Below are positions 11,070-19,052 of a stretch of 26,667 bases of DNA, one piece after another. Source of the stretch: Psammoneis japonica (Eukaryota); the NCBI GenBank assembly GCA_008632985.1, contig QPGO01000174.1, positions 124,001 through 150,667 of the forward strand. Direction: 5' to 3'. The notes under the pieces were generated by a model. That model was not told where the DNA came from, made no database searches, and was given only the letters and a program-made list of their open reading frames with translations. The position numbers and the translations under genes were made by a program. Position 1 is the first letter of the stretch. Each line of letters begins with the position of its first letter.

Positions 11070-13767
11070 CTAGTGACCCCAAAGGAGCTCATAGACCCGA
11101 GTGACCTCAGAGCCAGGGCTAAGCTGCTTGCGTGTCTCCTTGTTGACGGGATCGGTGTTTCGGCTAGCCCAAAGTAGCTTCATAGGAATACCACTAAGGA
11201 AGTGGTAAAAGTACTCATGAAAGCCATGCTTCTGCCACATGTGCACCTCAGCCGAAAAATATTTGACCTTGTCAAAAACACTGGAAGAGATCAAAGAACC
11301 CAAGAGCTCCCATTCTGCGCCCTCAACATCAAGTCGAAGCACATCAATTTTCTCATCCCCGTGTTCCTTCATCAGACTTTTCAAAGTCCGGACATTGTAG
11401 TTGGCGGCCTTGTTGTAAAGTGTCGTCTCGCCTTGATGCGCACCATCGTTAGGGCCAATGCCAATGGAGTAGAACCAGTGATTCTTACCTCGCTGGTAGG
11501 TCTTATATCCGTTTGATGGGTCAAAGGAGTAAACCGTGCAGCCATACTCATGAAAGAAATCATCAAAATCCCATTGATCGGCAATGCCAAAGGAGTACAC
11601 TGTGCAGTTGCCGGGAATGATGTCATCGAGACAGTACCATCTGGTGACAATCTTCTCGACGAATTCCTTTGTGTTCTGGCATGTTGGTTTTTTGGCTGTC
11701 TCCAAAAATGCTTTCATGTAATTGGTCGTGTTGACAGCAACGGTGGCAGACTTGGTTGCTAGGTTCTTGTCTAGTCGAAGAGAGAACCCGGCACGAAAAT
11801 TTTCAAACACAACCATGTCACCAGCCTTTGATCCTGGGGGGACGGTACAGTCAACAGCCAGACTCTTTTTCAAGCGGTTTTGGTGGACTTGATCAGTGAG
11901 CTCCACAGAATTTGAGTAGTTTCTGAATACAAAACTGTGGTAAAGATTGTATTCTGAGAATGCGTATTCGTGACCGTTGCGTGTGTACGGTGAGGGTTGA
12001 TCATGCGGAATGTTTGAGATTATGGTCTTGCTGCATTGAACCACATCGTTACGGTCTGTCAAAGAGTTGCCGGGACAAAGCACACCCAGTAGTCCATCGA
12101 GTTTGGCTGTTGTCATGCCAGCAAAGTGTGACACAGTGTCTTTACGGGGACTGGAATACCCTAAAAGTCCCGCAGTGGTGATGTGGTAGATGTTCTTGCT
12201 GGCGTGCGGCGCCGAAGTCGCAATCACCACCTTGCCCTCTTGCGTGATCAGATCAAATGGCGCCGTTAGTACCAAGTCAGCATCCCACAGGGCAAACGTG
12301 GAGGAGAGGGAAGGGCCAAGTAGTTTGTAAGCAAAAAGCTTGACAAATTGCTGGAGGTACCACCCAGCCCGGTCACCGAGCTTGGTCCAAGGATCACCCT
12401 TGGCTGCAAAAAGCGTTTGGAAATCCAAGTTGGTTAAAGGAACAACGTCTTGCTCGGAGTGACAGGCCGTCAACCCTGCCAAAACGTCGTCTGCGAAAAC
12501 ATTACGACACGTTGGGACAAGATGACGGGGTAGGATAAGATGGATGTTGCGGGGAGGAGGGTTGAGGTATTTCCGGAGATTCGTCGCAGTCCTTTCGGTT
12601 GCACAGTTGATTGCTCCGGCAACGATAACTACATCCATTTCAGCTGGTGGGTCCCTTTTCTTTTCTTCCTTGGCAACCATACACGCCTTTTGCTTCTCCA
12701 GTTTCAGAAACTGTTCGGCCTCGTTGCTTGTGTCTTTGTCATACATGTGACTGCCGAGGCGCCCACCCTGCGTTCGCATAAAATAGTTTCCAAAGATTTT
12801 ACCTTCAAGAGGAAGAGGCGTCAAACCAAAACGGTAGAGCGTATAGCACCACAGTGGCTGGTCTCGCCACGAATCCTGTTCTTGTTTGTATCGATCCCAA
12901 AAAAAATCCGATGCCTTTTGAAAATTAGGATTTGTGGGGTTGTAACCTACACAACGAAGCGAAAACAAAACTTCGAAAGTTAGCACTGTGGGAGAACGGC
13001 ACCACATTGCTGTCGCAGTTTCTCATATTGTACACACCAAAGAATGTATTCTGATAGAGCTGGCACCCCCAATCGAAGTCGGGCTGTTTCTCCAACCAGT
13101 TCTTGGTGGCGTCAATGTTTGACTGAATGTCCTTTTTGTATTCAACAATTTTGCGAAGCTCCTGTGCTAAAGGCCAGATGTGCTTTCTCTGAGCTAGTCC
13201 AGCATCACTTTGAAGGATTTTGTGACTTTGCTCCTGGAAATCTTGAACTGATCCTTTTGGCCCAATCACACCATCTATGTAAAAGACAACCGGGCAGTGC
13301 TTCTGTATCTCATAATCCTTCCACGCCTGAAACTTTGCGTATCGCGACTCGGTAATCATGCGCCTAAATCCAGTGTCGAAATACAGCACCTTGCTCCATC
13401 CGGGTGTTTTCAAATCGACCAAATTTGTATACAAGAAAAAGGCGTAATTCGGGTATCTGACTTTCCAGCTCGACGCATTGAGTGGCTTGTCGGACTGCTC
13501 CGAAGACAAACCAAAGATGCTGGAGATAAAGCACCCATCATAGGGTTTTTCAGGAGCTGGGTCCGTGAAAATTACTGTAGCATGCGGTTCCTCATGACAG
13601 AACAGACGCTCTTCGTTGGATTTGGGGGGATCTTTAGGCTGCACAAACGCCAGTTCCAGCTGCGACGAGGTAAGCCAGGCATCCCAGAACGCAGTCTTTA
13701 AAAGCGCGATGAGATGCATGACGACGAGCAAAGGCAAAATCGCCTTTCGAACTCCTCTGCCTGCCAT
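11070..13767 (-). CDS. Two-exon type-II membrane protein, about 868 aa: DUF616/TOD1-MUCI70-like glycosyltransferase domain, a second GT-A-like (DUF6492-like) domain, and a Methyltransf_22/METTL24-like methyltransferase. Exons 13767-13038 and 12946-11070
   Basis: ATG at 13767 gives signal anchor RKAILPLLVVMHLIALL. Splicing joins QNTFF-G-YNPTNP in frame. Domain 1 motifs: SRYAKF, FYIDG, SWRDQPLW. Domain 2 motifs: GWYLQQFVKL, LWDADL, FSEYNLY. Methyltransferase motifs: CTVYSFGIADQWDFD, YSFDPS, IDVLRLDVEGAEW, AEVH. Confidence 0.85.
12947..13037 (-). other. 91-nt spliceosomal intron, phase 1
   Basis: Donor GTGTGT at 13037, branch TGCTAAC at 12985-12979, pyrimidine-rich tract, acceptor TAG ending at 12947. 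Removal fuses the two ORFs in frame. Confidence 0.9.
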
Positions 13768-13935
13768 GTTAATTTTTCTTCTCAAATTAAGGGTTGCTTC
13801 TTTTGTGGAAGGATCAGTAATGCTTTCGATCAAGCAGTGTTCTTTGTCACAAAGCTAAAGCACAAAGCCTTGTTGTTTTTGCTGCCCCTCCCGTCTCACG
13901 CAGACACTGATGCGGCATGCGCACAATGCGAGGGG

Positions 13936-14080
13936 AGTACACTTTTCCGTTTAAACACAACGGAAAAATAACATCTTCGTCTCTTTGAAATCATTTTTTA
14001 ATGAAAAATCTACTGACTTGTTGATGTCTATGATGCGTGAAACTTCCAAAAAATTCAGTCATTTTTTCGGTCATCCTTGG
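13936..14080 (+). repeat. Third, TpA-retaining copy of the 1315-1640 repeat, between two divergently oriented genes
   Basis: CAACGGAAAAATAACATC..CTCTTTG, AAAATCTACTG and TGAAACTTCCAAAAAATTCAGTCATTTTTTCGGTCATCCTTGG align colinearly with the copies at 1336-1480 and 1492-1640. Confidence 0.8.
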
Positions 14081-14201
14081 GTCATCAGTCATCAGCAGTT
14101 CCCCCAGTGTGTCGCAGCTCGAGCACGGTCACTTCCAACTCCAAACTTCTCCAACCAGCGTTGAGCAGCTCCTCATTCGACTCTCGCTGTTTGATGTCAT
14201 C

Positions 14202-15194
14202 ATGGCATGGAAAGAAAGTTCTCTTGGGAAGAGCAACAAGTTCAAGTTGTCGTTGCTCGTGGCTGCAATCTTTCTGCTTGCCAGCACAACTCTCTCGTTC
14301 GTGGCTCCAACGGTTTGCGCCGCTGGGGCAGAGAAGACTGACAACACCACACCGCCGCCAAGCATTCAGGGATTCCCTAAAATGGCAATCATCAAACCAG
14401 AGTCTTGTGACAAGGCAGGATGAAAAGGCGTTCTTGGATTGGCGCATGACAGAGGCACATGGGTGCGCGGCCCTGGAGGAAAAATCTTGGGCAGCGCCGA
14501 GACCCATTGCTCACAGGCTCGCCAGCTGCCCAGAGAGTGAAAGTCACCTTCTGGGTGTGGCAGTGATCTTGGATGTGCCACAGAGGCGCTCATCTTTGCA
14601 GCTTCCAAAAGAAAGCACTCTGAAACATCGAGTCTCCGCTGCAGTGGTCGACACGCCGAGCGGCAGTGTCAACTGGATCTTTGAACCATGCGCGACTGGC
14701 TCTCTGAAATTTGGCAATTTCACTGTGCAACCATAGATTTTGACACCATTCCAACAAACTTTTTGCACTGTGGGATGGAGGAGCCACTTGTCCCATTGTC
14801 CCTTGTGGCAGCATGTGCTTGCAGATGGCAGCAATGCAAAGAGCCTGCAGCCACAGCCCTTTGACCTTGTTCGCACCCACGATGTCATTCAGCACATGCC
14901 CCTTGAAACTGGAGTGCAGTTTGTCTGCAATGCAGTCATGCTGGGGGCAAAGTGCCAGGTGGCCACCACACACAAAACAAAAGCTCCAAACAAAAACATT
15001 GCTCTTGGAGATTGGTGTGCAAAAACGACCTGCTGAAGCCACCCTTCAATCTCCCCAATGCAACAAATTGCATCCCGACTCATCCAGATGTGGAAAAGGA
15101 CTGGACTTGTCTCTGCCATTTGCAGCCAGCAACAGCCATCAACGAGTGGCTTTCAAAAAACCCTTGGTGTCACTCACCATTTGAGGAACAATGA
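14202..15194 (+). pseudogene. Pseudogene of a type-II membrane class I SAM-dependent methyltransferase
   Basis: ATG at 14202 and a TM segment (LSLLVAAIFLLA). Across stops and frameshifts it reads KSPSGCGSDLGCAT, VVDTPSGSVNWI, HHSNKLFALWDG, FDLVRTHDVIQHMPL, NAVMLGAKCQVATTH, NKNIALGDWC, NDLLKPPFNLP. This is the motif order of a methyltransferase family I recall as SGxGS...DxPCGDxNW...RDxxQH...PFNxP. Confidence 0.75.
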
Positions 15195-15369
15195 ACAGAT
15201 CCAGCCAGGGGTGCGGTGGGTTAAAGTTGCACATTGGGCGCTTGCCCTCACCCCACTTTTTTCCTGGATTTGCCAATTGCTCTCTGTGCAAAACACGCCA
15301 TTGTGCAAAACGACTGCCAGTCTGCTGGCTGTCACCCGCTGCAGCACAGCTGTTTTGGCATCAGTCTTT

Positions 15370-16040
15370 GCACCTTTCCTGGGCAACTGCCACTTCGAGC
15401 TGCTTTCGCTTTCTTTGCTTCTTCTGTGACTTCTTCTGAAGCTCATTGCCGGGCCCCCGGAGGTGGGCATTTTCACATGTGGGTTCAAACGAGCCCTGCG
15501 GACCAAAAGTGGATCCTTGCCTTTGACGTCTTGGCTCTTCTTTGTTTCCTCTGATGACACAATCTCTTGTGTTGCAGCAAATGGAGCACAAACTGGTTGT
15601 CATGACTCTGCCCCTCCCCTTGGTCCACAAGCTTTGGCTGGGTGCAGCAGGTCGATTCGACAAAGTCGAGCTTCCTCTTAGCGACAAAGCCAGCAACTGA
15701 CACCTTGTTGCCGCAGACACATCCGCTCTCCACCCAGCTCTCAAGAAGTTCCTTGAAATGCTCTTGATTTGGCATGCTCCCTTGCCAACACCATGCTTAG
15801 AATGGGTGCACCTGGGGGGCCGCAAGAATCACATGTGACAGTGGCTCGAACCTCAGATGCCATGAACAATTGTCGGTGTGCCCTGTTGGTCTCCGTTGCT
15901 TTCACATAGATTGCTTCTCTTTGGTGTCGTTTTTCGCATTTGGGAGAGATCTCTTTAGCAGCTCGTCCAGAGACAAGTCAGACTTGTTGATGTACGCTCT
16001 CATCTTTTCCGGCAACAGGAAGTGATCCTTGTTGGTAAGA
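15370..16040 (-). pseudogene. Frameshifted Cys-rich remnant resembling the C-terminal region of a DNA-transposon protein
   Basis: Stitched frames read KDHFLLPEKMRAYI...VRATVTCDSCG/PRCTHSK...ESGCVCG...VESTCC...LCSICC...GKDPLLV...PTSGG...KRKQLE. The CxxC-xPRCxY...YxCG...ExxYY...CxxC layout is one I associate with transposase C-termini. Superfamily not determined. Confidence 0.45.
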
Positions 16041-16515
16041 TTCATTGCATTTACGCCAGGCCTTTTGGGACTTTCCATCCATCGTAAAATAAACATGGAT
16101 GCGAACAAAATAGCCAAGCTGCCCTGTTGACAATGTCTTGAGCATGTAGTCACTGTAATTGTCTTTATTTTTAGCACTTGTATTGCCGTCTGCACTTATT
16201 GCACTCCTCCCTGCTTTACTGTTCGCATTCATCTCACTCCCATTGTCGGGGCCATTGCCATCTGACTTCTTTCCTCTTTCGATTATCGTGCCAAGCACTG
16301 CTTTCGGTTCCTCTTTGAAATTGTCCATGCAGCAAGTTTCTTATGCTAGAGCCTTGAACAATTGAGACAATTGCCCTCTGCCACTGTGTGCTCTCCCCCG
16401 ACCAGTTGGAGTGAGAAAAGTGGGTTCTGCCAAATGGATGCTTGTTCTGTCGTGAGGAAATTGAAAACTTTCCAGCTTCTTATTGTTGTCGAGCACTTGC
16501 TTGCCATGGATGCTG

Positions 16516-17601
16516 CTACACCAGGAGGCGCATTGCCTCGTCCGGACAGGTGAGCAGGGCCTTCCCCAATTCCCTCGTTCGGCCCTGGCAAGACGCCTTC
16601 TTCCTCGTGTTCAACGTCCACTCCAGCACATGCTGCTTCGCCTCCAGCCATTCATCGAGTGTCACCATGGTAGCGTTGCTGTTCATTGCCTCTGCCAGCC
16701 GCACCCACGTTGTCATCCTGGCCTTCTTCTTATTCAAGTGCTTCGCGTCCAGGTCCGGGCAGTGGTGCCTGGAGAGCAGCCCCTGGAGCCGGTCCACTTG
16801 TGTGTAATGTAGGAAGACGAGGTTTGGGAGGTTGTCCTTGACGGCCTTGTAGAGGTCGCACGTCAGTACCTCATGGTTTCCCCAACCGAGTTCTGACCTG
16901 CGGGGCACAATCACCCGCTTGACGAGGTTCGCCTCATCGACGACGCACTCCTGCGGCGAGCCATCCTCCGACGACTTCGTCGTAGGGGCGGACACGACGA
17001 CCAGGGGGTCGCGGCCATTCTCAAAGTTCTTGCAGTGCCGCGTTTCGACGACAAACCGGATCGCCGAGATGAGACGGTCCGTTTCGTGGCGGTACACGAA
17101 AACAACCAGTGAGCCGTCGGCGATTTTCGACATTGAGGAGGGCATGTGCTGCATCAGGTGGATCATAGGCTCGTCCAGCTTCACGTGCGATGCGACGACC
17201 CTCTGCGGTATGAGCGAATTCGTCAAGAACGCCATCCTGTCCCGGTCCTCTGCGACGACGTTTTTCACCTGCAGTTGCTGCGGAGGGTGACCCATGCACG
17301 ACTGCACGAAGTGCTTCAGCGTCGTCCCTGCCGCCTTGGACGGCATCGTAATGAACAGCTGCCCCCTCCTCGAGATGATCTCGTCCAACTCATCGTCGAT
17401 CGACAAGCACTGGTACAGTTGTTCGCTGCCCCGTCCTGCTCCCTGCTTTGCAACCCTCCTGCCACCAAAGCCGTCGTCCGTCGTCGACGAGAAATCCGAA
17501 TCTTAAAGAGCACCGCCGGGAGTGCTCCAGAGCCTCGCCGCGGACAAGACAACTATGACCAACATGGCGATGCGCACTCGCTTGTGTAGTCCCACCGCCA
17601 T
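16516..17601 (-). pseudogene. Sulfotransferase-like type-II membrane protein gene with one in-frame premature TAA (17505-17503)
   Basis: ATG at 17601 and a TM segment (IAMLVIVVLSAA) are in frame with ORF 17406-16516 across a single stop. FITMPSKAAGTTLKHF resembles the 5'-PSB loop, and VFVYRHETDRLISA resembles the 3'-PB motif of PAPS-dependent sulfotransferases. Confidence 0.7.
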
Positions 17602-18018
17602 TGTTCGTTGGTGGCGCTTGTCAATCTCCTTTCGGGTGGTTCCTTCGCTGCAAGCAACGTGTTTGTGTCGACATTTGACATTTGCCATGCACTGCTCTAG
17701 CTAGCAGCAGAGCACCAGCCACACGCCTTGCCTGCACGTACAGAATGTAAGTTTAATGCGGTCATTCAGCAGGTCACAAAAATGACTGGCCTCGTGTAAA
17801 GACCGACAAGGGAGATGACCTCATCACCAGTTGATGACGCAACTGAAAATCATTCCCCGCATCACCATCATTGGACGCGTTCAGTTGGCTTTTGGAAGCG
17901 AGCTGCTTTGCTCATTCTTCCAAAGAGTTTTAACAGCAAGCCAAATGGACAGTCTAAAGTGCCATCTTGTTCGGCGGAGGATGCCATCTGCCGCTGTGTG
18001 GGTGAACCTCGCAGGGCC

Positions 18019-18540
18019 ATGAGCCAGAGCGGAGCCACTGGAAGAGCCCCACAACAAGGAGCAGCACAAGCAGCACAATGACTGGGAGCCATTGGGAATC
18101 AACCCCTGGCACAAGCTGCCAATGATGCGCCAAACACTGGAGGTGCACAGCCCATGCCGCCGGCGCCAGCACACCCAGCTGCAGGCGCCGTGCCAGGAGT
18201 GGCGGCACAGCAGGGTGCGCCGCAATGAGCGCAGCCGCCCAGTGCACCACAACAGCTGGTGCCACCAGTTCATGCAATGGCCGCTGAGGACCCGTGCCAT
18301 GGGAGCCACACAGACATCATGCAAGATTTTGTGGTCCCGACACAGGGACAGTCGCGGCACAACCCAGGTGTGCTGAGAGACCACGTTGGAGCAGCGTTTG
18401 GGCATGACCTGCCTGTGGCACTCGTGTGGAAATGTGGGGCACAAGGTGGGAACAATGCTGGGGTCCTCGAAGTGTTTCACTGCACTGCACAATGCCCGCA
18501 TCAGAGGCCACAACACAGTGTTGTTCACTTTCCTTTGGAA
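18019..18540 (+). pseudogene. Degenerate Pro/Ala/Gln-rich ORF fragment, probably transposon-derived
   Basis: A single frame reads MSQSGATGRAPQQ...*...*...EDPCHGSHTDIMQDF...LPVALVW...LEVFH with two TGA stops, inside a TpA-depleted block. Family not identified. Confidence 0.35.
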
Positions 18541-18953
18541 AATTTGGACATTTGTTTTGACAATTGTGCACAAAAATTGGTGACAGCTCACTTGTTTTTT
18601 GACAGTCAATTTACATTTGTCATTGCCGTTTTATGTTGGCAATTGTTGCCATTTTATTTTGCTTTTAAGTTGCCAAAGAATTTCAATGAGCCCTTTGTTG
18701 TTGAATGGTGCTTTTTGTTTTGATCAATTTTTCACATGTTTGTGGAATCGTCAACTTTGACAGTGCTTTTCAATGGCTTCACCGCAGCCTTGCGTCACCA
18801 CAGACAATGGCATTTCTCCCTCGCCCCAGTCAGCCACGCAATTGCCCAGAGGAACACCATCTCATTGTTTCCACCTGCACGCTCCAGTTGTCCAGTCAAT
18901 GGGCCCCTGCCTGCATTTTGGTGCCTTTTCTACATGCGCAGTTCTCCACCCAT

Positions 18954-19012
18954 TTCACAACAGTGCACCCTCTCCCCAAAATGCTTTTGACGAGAGGGTG
19001 CACTGTTGTGAA
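18954..19012. other. Perfect 21-bp inverted repeat (hairpin)
   Basis: TTCACAACAGTGCACCCTCTC (18954-18974) is the exact reverse complement of 18992-19012. The spacer can pair further (CAAAA/TTTTG). Confidence 0.92.
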
Positions 19013-19052
19013 TCCTGTGCATTCTACGTGAATCGGCAACTGACTGTTGGCC

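Noticed and set aside
11070..13833. Two separate genes (13833-12925 and 13007-11070) as in the ORF track
   Set aside because: A canonical 91-nt intron joins them in frame, and the listed starts are TTG or intronic.
15978..16328. 116-aa ORF MDNFKEEPK... as a gene
   Set aside because: No recognisable domain, and it runs out of frame into the transposase-like remnant. Possibly a fragment, but unsupported.
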